This document shows, piece by piece, positions 8,624 to 15,710 of a stretch of 24,389 nt of DNA (positions within the stretch are counted from its first letter, which is position 1; each line of letters starts with the position of its first letter). The position numbers and the translations under genes are program-made. Under the pieces are notes generated by a model. The model ran no database searches, was not told the origin of the DNA, and was given only the letters and a program-made list of their open reading frames with translations. The stretch comes from an uncultured archaeon (GTDB lineage Archaea; Iainarchaeota; Iainarchaeia; Iainarchaeales; CSSED10-239), in NCBI GenBank assembly GCA_964586355.1, contig CAZPGO010000015.1:1-24389 (forward strand), written 5' to 3'.

Positions 8624-9088
8624 ATGTTTGCAATTATTAGAGTAAGAGGGCCTGTTAAGGTAAATCAAGATATTGAGCACACAATGAAGTTATTAAATTT
8701 AACTAGAGCAAATCATTGTGTGATCTATAAAGAAGATGAAAAAATAAAAGGTATGCTTCATAAGATCAGAAATATGACAACTTATGGAGAAATAGATAAA
8801 GAGACCTTAAAAAAAATGTTATTAAAAAGAGGTTTTGCTTATGATGAGAAAGGCAAACTACTAAAATTTAAAACACATTTTTCTGATGAAAAAAAAGTGG
8901 ATAAAATTATAGATGATCTTTTAAATAGCAAAGCAAAATTATCAGATCTTGGTATAAAACCTGTATTTAGATTAAGACCACCTAGAAAAGGATATGACAG
9001 AAAAGGAATTAAAAAAACTTTTAAAGAGGGTGGAGTTTTAGGTTATAGAAGCTCTGATATTAATAGATTATTAAGTAAAATGATTTAA
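8624..9088 (+). CDS. rpl30: 50S ribosomal protein uL30 (L30)
   Basis: 154 aa. Starts MFAIIRVRGPVKVNQDIEHTMKLLNLTRANHCV, the archaeal uL30 N-terminus. Confidence 0.94.
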   Translation: MFAIIRVRGPVKVNQDIEHTMKLLNLTRANHCVIYKEDEKIKGMLHKIRNMTTYGEIDKETLKKMLLKRGFAYDEKGKLLKFKTHFSDEKKVDKIIDDLLNSKAKLSDLGIKPVFRLRPPRKGYDRKGIKKTFKEGGVLGYRSSDINRLLSKMI

Positions 9089-9109
9089 ATTTATAAACTG
9101 TGATAGATT

Positions 9110-9481
9110 ATGGGAAAATCAAAATGCGATAGATTAAGAGGAAAAAGAACCCACGGGTATGGTAACACCAAAAATGCAAGAGGTTCTGGTTGTACTGGTG
9201 GTAAGGGTAGAGCAGGATCCACAAAGCACAAGTTTACAAAATATTATATGACTTTTGGAAATAAGATAACACAAAAACCAAAAGAAAAATTAGTAACTGT
9301 AACTTTAGAAAGATTAAATGAAATCGTACAAAATAGAAAAGAAATTGATCTTAAAGAAATTGGAGTTCAAAAAATCATAGGTAAAGGAAAACTATTAAAA
9401 CCAATAACTATAAAAAACGCAAAATATGTAACACCAACAGCAAAAGCAAAAATAGAAGAGATTGGGGGAAAGATTGAATGA
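9110..9481 (+). CDS. rpl15: 50S ribosomal protein uL15 (L15)
   Basis: 123 aa with RGKRTHGYGNTKNARGSGCTGGKGRAGSTKHKF, the uL15 glycine-rich motif. Confidence 0.94.
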   Translation: MGKSKCDRLRGKRTHGYGNTKNARGSGCTGGKGRAGSTKHKFTKYYMTFGNKITQKPKEKLVTVTLERLNEIVQNRKEIDLKEIGVQKIIGKGKLLKPITIKNAKYVTPTAKAKIEEIGGKIE

Positions 9482-10806
9482 GTTTCTTTGATGCACTTTT
9501 AGGTGCTTTACCAACAGTTAAAGATCCAGCAAAAGTACCAAACATTAAACAAAAACTTCTTTGGACATTAATAGCCTTAGTAGTTTTTTTTGTAATGGGT
9601 ACTATATCATTAATTGGATTAAATCCAGAAAGTGCTTTTGAATTAGGATTTTATCAAACAGTTTTAGCTAGTAACATGGGTACTTTGTTAACCCTAGGTA
9701 TTGGTCCAATTGTTTTAGCATCAATTATTTTACAACTGTTAGTTGGAGTAAAAATCATAAATTTAGATTTTTCAAATACTAAAGACAGAGCAAAATTTTC
9801 AGGACTGCAAAAATTAGTTGCAATTGTCTTAGCGGTTGTTGAGTCAGTAATGTTTACTGCAAAACTAGGAACTGCAGAAAATATGTTTTTCTGGGTTGTT
9901 TTACAGATCGTATTAGGTTCAATAATAATAATTTATCTTGATGAAGTGGTAAGCAAATATGGAATAGGATCAGGAATAGGGCTGTTTATTGCTGCAAATG
10001 TTTGTCAATCCATAATTTGGAGAATATTTAGTTTGCCTTCAGCAGCTGCTGCTAATTCCGGTGGTTTGTTGTTTTTGGGTATAGAATATTTAACAACTGG
10101 TGCTACCCTTAATCTATTAAGCACAGTACTCCTACCAATATTATTTACCTTTTTAGTATTTTTTGCAGTTGTTTATGCAGAATCTATGCATGTAAATATC
10201 CCACTAACTGTTGGAAGAAGTGGAATGGGTGCAAAATTCCCAGTAAAGTTAATGTATGTTTCAAATATGCCTGTTATTTTAGCAGCAACACTATTTGCAA
10301 ATGTAACAATGTTTTCACAATTAGCGAAAGGTACATTTATGGAAGCATTTTTGTTGCCTTTAGGTAATTTTTTAGTTGCCCCATATGGTTTTATTCAGGA
10401 AGTGATTTTAGGCACAGCGACATTAGGAATGTTATGGCATTCATTAGCATACATGGTTGTGTTTGTTGGTGTTTGTGTGATATTTGGAATATTGTGGGTA
10501 GAGATCGGTGGTCAAGGATCAGAAGCAGTTGCAAGACAACTTCAAAGATCTGGAATGTCAATTCCTGGGTTTAGAAGAGATGAAAGAGTACTTACCAGTG
10601 TTTTGAAAAGATATATTCCAACCATTGTTATAATTGGTTCAATGTTTGTAGGACTATTAGCTTTCTTAGCAGATATTACTAGTGCCTTAGGAACAGGAAC
10701 TGGGATTTTATTAACTGTTGGAATTGTTTATAGGTTCTATGAACAATTAGCAAAAGAACAATTGTTTGAATCAAGTAATTTATTAAAACAAATAGCAGGA
10801 AAGTGA
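9478..10806 (+). CDS. secY: Protein translocase subunit SecY
   Basis: 442-aa polytopic membrane protein with about 10 hydrophobic segments and ...GIGPIVLASIILQLL... It has a SecY-type C-terminal half (GGQGSEAVARQLQRSGMSIPGFR). It holds the conserved slot after uL15, with an ATGA overlap. Confidence 0.95.
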   Translation: MSFFDALLGALPTVKDPAKVPNIKQKLLWTLIALVVFFVMGTISLIGLNPESAFELGFYQTVLASNMGTLLTLGIGPIVLASIILQLLVGVKIINLDFSNTKDRAKFSGLQKLVAIVLAVVESVMFTAKLGTAENMFFWVVLQIVLGSIIIIYLDEVVSKYGIGSGIGLFIAANVCQSIIWRIFSLPSAAAANSGGLLFLGIEYLTTGATLNLLSTVLLPILFTFLVFFAVVYAESMHVNIPLTVGRSGMGAKFPVKLMYVSNMPVILAATLFANVTMFSQLAKGTFMEAFLLPLGNFLVAPYGFIQEVILGTATLGMLWHSLAYMVVFVGVCVIFGILWVEIGGQGSEAVARQLQRSGMSIPGFRRDERVLTSVLKRYIPTIVIIGSMFVGLLAFLADITSALGTGTGILLTVGIVYRFYEQLAKEQLFESSNLLKQIAGK

Positions 10807-10812
10807 TTATTT

Positions 10813-11247
10813 ATGCAAATACCAGTAATTACAGCATTTTTGGATGTTTTTTTTATTTCCTTAATATTTGCAATACTAACAAAAATAATTCAACATATTT
10901 TTGTAGATCCTAAAGAATATTTTGCTATTAAAAACAGAACAAAAGAATTAAATTTAGAACAAAAACAATTAATGAAAGAAAAGAAATTTGAAGAAGTACA
11001 AAAAAAACAAAAAGAATCAATGACTTTAGTGAGTAAGCAAATGAGTTTAACCTTTAAAACATTACTTCCATCTTTGTTAGTTTCTTTACCAGTTTTGTAC
11101 TTAATTAATAAATATTATAATGAATTTATAATTGATTTTATATTATTTAAAGTAAAAGGCTTTTGGGCCTTTTTTATAATAATTTTTATATTTTCAATTA
11201 TTATAAATTCTATATACGACAAAGTAATTGGAAAAAAATATAATTAA
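10813..11247 (+). CDS. Small membrane protein, DUF106 / archaeal YidC-Oxa1-like (EMC3/TMCO1 family) candidate
   Basis: 144 aa. Topology is TM1 (VITAFLDVFFISLIFAILT), then a charged coiled-coil (KELNLEQKQLMKEKKFEEVQKKQKES), then two TMs. This matches the 3-TM plus coiled-coil layout of the DUF106 proteins that neighbour secY in many archaea. Sequence similarity was not verified. Confidence 0.6.
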   Translation: MQIPVITAFLDVFFISLIFAILTKIIQHIFVDPKEYFAIKNRTKELNLEQKQLMKEKKFEEVQKKQKESMTLVSKQMSLTFKTLLPSLLVSLPVLYLINKYYNEFIIDFILFKVKGFWAFFIIIFIFSIIINSIYDKVIGKKYN

Positions 11248-11272
11248 AAAAACATTTATGTGGTGAAAAAAT

Positions 11273-11614
11273 ATGCCTAATCCAGATCAAAAATATAAAA
11301 AACATAAAACAGTAAAAACCCCAGGTGGTAGAACAGTAAGAAGAATAGTAAAAAAGAAAACCAAAAAGCAAACCTGTGCTGTGTGTGATTCATTGATACA
11401 TGGTGTGCCTCATGGTAAAAGACCATTTGAAGTTAAAAAACTAAGTAAAACTCAAAGAAGACCAGAAAATTTATTGGCCTCTGTTCTTTGTCCTAAATGT
11501 AGAGACTTAGTTTATATGGACGCTGTTATGTTAAAAAATAATCTAAAATCAGAAGAAGAATGTGATTTAAGATATATAAAATATGTAAAAATGATTCTAA
11601 AAAAAATAGAATAA
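11273..11614 (+). CDS. rpl34e: 50S ribosomal protein eL34 (L34e)
   Basis: 113 aa with ...HKTVKTPGGRTVRRIVKKKTKKQTCAVCDSLIHGVPH...LCPKCR.., an eL34 zinc-ribbon pattern. Confidence 0.9.
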   Translation: MPNPDQKYKKHKTVKTPGGRTVRRIVKKKTKKQTCAVCDSLIHGVPHGKRPFEVKKLSKTQRRPENLLASVLCPKCRDLVYMDAVMLKNNLKSEEECDLRYIKYVKMILKKIE

Positions 11615-11625
11615 TGTGATAATGT

Positions 11626-11784
11626 ATGGGAATATTAACAATAGGCAAAAAAGTTACAATAATGAAAGGAAAAAACTTTGGTAAAAAAGTAACTATTGAA
11701 AAACTTGACTCTAAGTATATTTATTATAAACTAAAAGAGAAAGAAGAAAAGATAGGAATACTTCAAGTCCTACCATTAGAATAA
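11626..11784 (+). CDS. rpl14e: eL14 (L14e)-like KOW protein, truncated form (52 aa); absent from the ORF track
   Basis: Hand translation gives MGILTIGKKVTIMKGKNFGKKVTIEKLDSKYIYYKLKEKEEKIGILQVLPLE*. It aligns by eye to the archaeal eL14 N-terminus (IEVGR.c.k..GREAGK.cvIVDilD.NF). It holds the conserved position after eL34. Confidence 0.6.
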   Translation: MGILTIGKKVTIMKGKNFGKKVTIEKLDSKYIYYKLKEKEEKIGILQVLPLE

Positions 11785-11804
11785 GAATTAAATTGTGAAA
11801 ATTT

Positions 11805-12416
11805 ATGGCAGATAAAGGAAAAAAAAGTAAAGATAAAAAACAAACAAAAAATAATAAAAAGATTAATAAATCAAATAAGCCAATCAAAACAACATCTTCA
11901 CAACCACAAGATAGATTAAGAGTTGCAAAAGTAAAACCAAAACCAGCACATCTTAATTTATCTAAAGAAGGTGCTGATTTTAAGCAAATTGTAAGAATTG
12001 CAAGTAGAGATGTTCCTGGATACATGACTATAGCACAAGGAACCCAATTAATTTATGGAATTGGACAAAGGGTTTCAAAAGTTATAGAAAATGAATTTAA
12101 AAAAGAAATAGATAGAGAAATTAAAATGGTTGGGAATCTAACCGATAAAGATGTTGAAAAATTAGAAATAGTTATTTCAGAATTTTATAAAAACACTCCT
12201 AATTGGTTGTTAAACAGACCAAAGTTAAGAGAAGGAGATAAAGCACATCATACAATGGCAGATTTAAAATTATCAGAAAGAAAAGATCTACAAAGACTTG
12301 GTAAAATAAAAAGTTATAGAGGTCTAAGACTACAATGGGGTCTTCCAGTAAGAGGACAAAAAACAAGATCTACTTTTAGAAGAAGTGGGGTTGTTGGAGT
12401 TGTAAAGAAAAAGTGA
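11805..12416 (+). CDS. rps13: 30S ribosomal protein uS13 (S13) with a ~55-aa Lys-rich N-terminal extension
   Basis: The core begins at DFKQIVRIASRDVPGYMTIAQGTQLIYGIGQRVSKVI and ends ...YRGLRLQWGLPVRGQKTRS. GTGA sits 6 nt before ATG 11805. There is no in-frame ATG/GTG/TTG between 11805 and the conserved core. Confidence 0.93.
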   Translation: MADKGKKSKDKKQTKNNKKINKSNKPIKTTSSQPQDRLRVAKVKPKPAHLNLSKEGADFKQIVRIASRDVPGYMTIAQGTQLIYGIGQRVSKVIENEFKKEIDREIKMVGNLTDKDVEKLEIVISEFYKNTPNWLLNRPKLREGDKAHHTMADLKLSERKDLQRLGKIKSYRGLRLQWGLPVRGQKTRSTFRRSGVVGVVKKK

Positions 12417-12442
12417 AATATTTATTATAAAAGGTGAAAATA

Positions 12443-12997
12443 ATGGGCGAACCTAAAAGACTAAGCAGAAAATACGATGTTCCAAGAAAGATCTGGGACA
12501 GACAAAAAATCATTGCTGATAGAAAGTTAATAAAAGAGTATGGACTAAGAAATAAAGAAGAAATTTGGAAAGCAGAAACACAAGTAAGAAATCTAAGAAA
12601 ACTAGCAAGACAGTTGCTTGCTGGAAGTGTTGATGATTATTCTAAGAGATCTACAGAAATAATAAACAAATTAGTAAAGATGGGTGTTTTTACAAAAGAT
12701 CATACTGTAGAAGACATATTGAAACTACAAGCAACAGATATTTTAGAAAGAAGATTACAAACACAAGTTTTTAAGAAAGGATTAAGTTTAACAGTTGATC
12801 AAGCAAGACAATTAATCACACACGGACATATTGCAGTAAATGGTGTTAAAAGAACAGCTCCAAGTTCTATTGTAAATGTTAATGATAATGTTTCTTACAC
12901 AAACACAAAAATGAAAGCAGTAATAGATAAATCCATAGAAGCAAAAGGAAAGCCTGTGTTAAAAGAAGAAAAAAAAGAAGAAGTTAAGGGTGAATAA
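12443..12997 (+). CDS. rps4: 30S ribosomal protein uS4 (S4)
   Basis: Starts MGEPKRLSRKYDVPRKIWD and has an S4 RNA-binding domain (RRLQTQVFKKGLSLTVDQARQLITHGHIAVNG). The track start GTG 12434 is part of aaAGGTGA, so ATG 12443 is preferred. Confidence 0.95.
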   Translation: MGEPKRLSRKYDVPRKIWDRQKIIADRKLIKEYGLRNKEEIWKAETQVRNLRKLARQLLAGSVDDYSKRSTEIINKLVKMGVFTKDHTVEDILKLQATDILERRLQTQVFKKGLSLTVDQARQLITHGHIAVNGVKRTAPSSIVNVNDNVSYTNTKMKAVIDKSIEAKGKPVLKEEKKEEVKGE

Positions 12998-12999
12998 TT

Positions 13000-13386
13000 A
13001 TGAGTGTAGGAAAAACTGGAATAGTAAATATTTTTGCATCAAGAAATAATACCATAATAGTTCTTACAGACGAGACCGGTGCAGAAATAATTGCTAAATG
13101 TTCTGGAGGACAAATGACAAAATCACAACATAAAGAAGGTTCCCCTTATATTGCAACAAAAATCGCTCAAGTTATTGCAGAGAAAGCAAGAGATAGAGGA
13201 GTAAAAAATATTCATGTAAAGATAAGAGCTCCTGGTGGTAATCTTTATAATAACCCGGGTCAAGGTGCTGAGTCTTCTATTAAGACACTAACTAGAGCTG
13301 GATTAAATGTTTTAAGTATTAGTAATACAACCCCTTTCCCACATGACGGTTGTAGAAAACAGAAAAAATTTAGAAAAAAGAAATAG
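13000..13386 (+). CDS. rps11: 30S ribosomal protein uS11 (S11)
   Basis: 128 aa with GIVNIFASRNNTIIVLTDETG and ...VKIRAPGG......PGQGAESSIKTLTRAGLNV..I.NTTP.PHDGCR. Confidence 0.96.
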   Translation: MSVGKTGIVNIFASRNNTIIVLTDETGAEIIAKCSGGQMTKSQHKEGSPYIATKIAQVIAEKARDRGVKNIHVKIRAPGGNLYNNPGQGAESSIKTLTRAGLNVLSISNTTPFPHDGCRKQKKFRKKK

Positions 13387-13396
13387 GGATTAGATT

Positions 13397-14134
13397 ATGG
13401 TAAAAATAAGTTTTTTAGACAAAGATGATTTAGTAAATAGGTTTTATATTGAGAATGTAGATCCTACAACATTAAATGCAATTAGACGAACAATAAACTT
13501 TAATTTACCAGTTTATGCTATTGACGAGATAGATTTTATTGAAAATGATTCTGTGGTAGTTGACGAGATGCTTGCAAATAGATTAGCATTATGTCCAATC
13601 ACCACTCCAGCAGAGACCACTGGAAAAAAAGTAACCTTTACTTTAGAAAAAAAAGGTCCTGGTGTTGTTTATTCAGGAGATCTAAAATCAAATGATTCTG
13701 AAGTAAAAATGGTTTATGATAATATACCTTTAACAAAATTAAGAGATACAGACAAAATTAATTTAGTAGCTTATGCTGTTTTAGGAAAAGGAACAGATCA
13801 TGCAAAATTTAATTCCACAATTGTAGGATATCAACAAATGTGTGAATTAGAAGTTTTAAGAGGCTGCGACTCTTGTCAAAAATGTGTTGATGCTTGTCCA
13901 GTAAAAAACATAAAATTAGTTTCAGGAAAACCAAAGATAGAAGATCCAAAAAAATGTACCAATTGTCAAGCTTGTGTTGATGCTTGTCCTAAAAACTGTT
14001 TAAAACTTAACGATATAGATAATTATATATTAAGCATTGAATTAATTGGACAAATGGATATTTTAAGTATTATAAAAACAACAGAAAGATACTGTAAAGA
14101 ATACTTTATGTTATTAAAAAAGAAATTTAAATAA
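13397..14134 (+). CDS. rpoD: DNA-directed RNA polymerase subunit D (Rpo3) with a ferredoxin-like 2x[4Fe-4S] motif insert
   Basis: 245 aa. N-terminus has LNAIRRTINFNLPVYAIDEIDFIENDSVVVDEMLANRLALCPI (Rpo3/RpoD dimerisation domain). Two CxxCxxCxxxCP motifs are present (CDSCQKCVDACP and CTNCQACVDACP). It holds the conserved slot after uS11. Confidence 0.92.
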   Translation: MVKISFLDKDDLVNRFYIENVDPTTLNAIRRTINFNLPVYAIDEIDFIENDSVVVDEMLANRLALCPITTPAETTGKKVTFTLEKKGPGVVYSGDLKSNDSEVKMVYDNIPLTKLRDTDKINLVAYAVLGKGTDHAKFNSTIVGYQQMCELEVLRGCDSCQKCVDACPVKNIKLVSGKPKIEDPKKCTNCQACVDACPKNCLKLNDIDNYILSIELIGQMDILSIIKTTERYCKEYFMLLKKKFK

Positions 14135-14141
14135 TTTTTTT

Positions 14142-14223
14142 GCTGGGGTTCCCGAGCGGTCAAAGGGGCTGGACTTAAGATCCAGTGCTTAGTGCTTCGC
14201 AGGTTCGAATCCTGCCCTCAGCA
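14142..14223 (+). tRNA. tRNA-Leu (anticodon UAA), class II with a long variable arm, no intron, CCA not encoded
   Basis: Hand fold. Acceptor GCTGGGG pairs with CCTCAGC (one G-U). Anticodon stem CTGGA/TCCAG encloses loop C-T-TAA-G-A. A long variable arm is present. T arm is GCAGG-TTCGAAT-CCTGC. Discriminator is A at 14223. Confidence 0.9.
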
Positions 14224-14230
14224 AATTATG

Positions 14231-14247
14231 TTTTAAATTATAAAAAA
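14231..14247 (+). promoter_or_regulatory. TATA-like element (ttttaaattataaaaaa) between tRNA-Leu and eL18
   Basis: An AT-only TATA-like run ends 23 nt before ATG 14271. It is weakly discriminating in such an AT-rich genome. Confidence 0.25.
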
Positions 14248-14270
14248 TTAAAAAATTGTGAAAAAAACAT

Positions 14271-14630
14271 ATGAAACCGAAATTAGAAAAAAACCTACAA
14301 AAATTAGATTTGATAGATAAGTTACATAAGTTAGCAAAAGAAAAAAATAAAGATATTTATTATACAATTGCAAAACAACTTAAAATTCCTAAAAGAAAAG
14401 AAACAAAAGTTAATTTAGCAAAATTAGAGAACCTAAATATTGTTTTAGATGGAGATATTATAATAATTCCAGGAAAACTATTAGCAACAGGGGTGTTAAA
14501 TAAAAACATTACTATTTATGCTGAAAATTTTTCAAAAAATGCAAGTCTAAAACTAAATCATAAAGTTAAAAAATTAAAAGATTTATTAACAGACAAAATA
14601 GATTACAAAAAAACAAAAATTATTAAATAA
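14271..14630 (+). CDS. rpl18e: 50S ribosomal protein eL18 (L18e)
   Basis: 119 aa with ...IAKQLKIPKRKETKVNLAKLENL...GDIIIIPGKLLATGVLNKNITIYAENFSKNA, matching the archaeal eL18 pattern. It holds the conserved slot before uL13. Confidence 0.88.
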   Translation: MKPKLEKNLQKLDLIDKLHKLAKEKNKDIYYTIAKQLKIPKRKETKVNLAKLENLNIVLDGDIIIIPGKLLATGVLNKNITIYAENFSKNASLKLNHKVKKLKDLLTDKIDYKKTKIIK

Positions 14631-14645
14631 TATTGGTGAATGAAA

Positions 14646-15065
14646 ATGGTATTAATAATAAATGCAAAAAATCAAATACTTGGAAGAATGTGTTCTGACA
14701 TAGCTCATAAGCTATTAACTGATTCAGAAAAAATAATATTAGTTAATTGTAGATATACAGTAATTAGTGGAAGAGAAAAAAATATATTATCCAGATTTGA
14801 TGAGAGAACAGAAAGGAAAGGAAAAAGCAATCCCAGAAATAATCCTAAATATCCAAAATATCCTGATAAGATTGTAAAATTTGCAGTTAGAGGAATGCTT
14901 CCAAGAAATGCTCGCGGATTATCAGCATTAAGAAGACTTAAAGCTTATATTGATGTTCCAGAAGAATATAAAAAAGAATTAACAAAAGAAGTTTCTGTGC
15001 CAAAATTGTCTTATATGACATTAGAACAAATATCTAACCATTTTGGAATATTTTTAAAAAAATAA
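14646..15065 (+). CDS. rpl13: 50S ribosomal protein uL13 (L13)
   Basis: Starts MVLIINAKNQILGRMCSDIAHKLL, the uL13 N-terminus, and contains ...AVRGMLPRNARG..ALRRLKAY. GGTGA at 14635-14639 abuts the first ATG (14640), so the second ATG 14646 is the more plausible start. Confidence 0.93.
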   Translation: MVLIINAKNQILGRMCSDIAHKLLTDSEKIILVNCRYTVISGREKNILSRFDERTERKGKSNPRNNPKYPKYPDKIVKFAVRGMLPRNARGLSALRRLKAYIDVPEEYKKELTKEVSVPKLSYMTLEQISNHFGIFLKK

Positions 15066-15087
15066 AATTAATGAGATGTGAAAAATT

Positions 15088-15492
15088 ATGGCAAAAAATT
15101 ATTTAGTAAAATCAACTAGAAAAACGGCTGTTGCAAGATGTGTTATTAAATCAGGTACTGGTAAAATTCATGTCAACAAAACACCAGTAGATGTTTATTA
15201 TGATGGATATAAAAGAGAAATTGTAAAAGAACCATCCTATATTGCACCAGAAGAATTCAGTAAATTTGATTATTTTATTAATGTTAAAGGTGGAGGAGTA
15301 AGTGCACAAGCACAGGCTGCTAGAAGTTGTGTTGCTAAAGGAATTTTAGTTGCAAATGGTAATAAAGAGAAACTAAAAGAAAAATTTGTTGCTTATGATA
15401 GGCATTTGTTAGTTGATGATGTTAGACAGAAAGAACCAAAGAAACAACTAGGAAAAGGTGCAAGATCTAAAAAGCAACATTCTAAGAGGTGA
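15088..15492 (+). CDS. rps9: 30S ribosomal protein uS9 (S9)
   Basis: 134 aa with GTGKIHVNKTP and ...VKGGGVSAQAQAARSCVAKG..., ending ...GARSKKQHSKR, the uS9 C-terminal signature. Confidence 0.95.
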   Translation: MAKNYLVKSTRKTAVARCVIKSGTGKIHVNKTPVDVYYDGYKREIVKEPSYIAPEEFSKFDYFINVKGGGVSAQAQAARSCVAKGILVANGNKEKLKEKFVAYDRHLLVDDVRQKEPKKQLGKGARSKKQHSKR

Positions 15493-15499
15493 ATTTATA

Positions 15500-15694
15500 A
15501 TGATCTGTCCTATACGTTGTTTTTCTTGTGGTCAAGTAGTTGCTAACAAATATGAGGAATTTGTTAGGTTAGTAAATGTTGAAAAAAAAACACCCCAAGA
15601 AGCATTAGATAAATTAAATGTAAAAAAATATTGTTGTAGAAGAATGTTATTGACTCATGTAGAAGTAATTGATGATGTTATGAAATATAATTAA
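15500..15694 (+). CDS. rpoN: DNA-directed RNA polymerase subunit N (Rpo10)
   Basis: MICPIRCFSCGQVVANKYEEF...KKYCCRRMLLTHV is the Rpo10 zinc-bundle signature. AGGTGA lies 7 nt before ATG 15500. The longer track ORF (15458) would overlap uS9. Confidence 0.93.
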   Translation: MICPIRCFSCGQVVANKYEEFVRLVNVEKKTPQEALDKLNVKKYCCRRMLLTHVEVIDDVMKYN

Positions 15695-15710
15695 ACAATG
15701 TGAAAATATT

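Noticed and set aside
11711-12025. 104-aa minus-strand ORF spanning the eL14/uS13 junction.
   Set aside because: It is antisense to two conserved + strand genes and their junction. Its sequence is hydrophobic and low-complexity (LLIFLLFFVCFLSLLFF), derived from the complement of the Lys-rich uS13 N-terminus. It has no ribosome-binding site.
15458-15499. A 14-aa N-terminal extension of RpoN suggested by the ORF track.
   Set aside because: It would overlap uS9 by 35 nt and place the AGGTGA motif inside the ORF. The conserved Rpo10 N-terminus is MI(C)P(I/V)RCF(S/T)CG, which starts exactly at ATG 15500.
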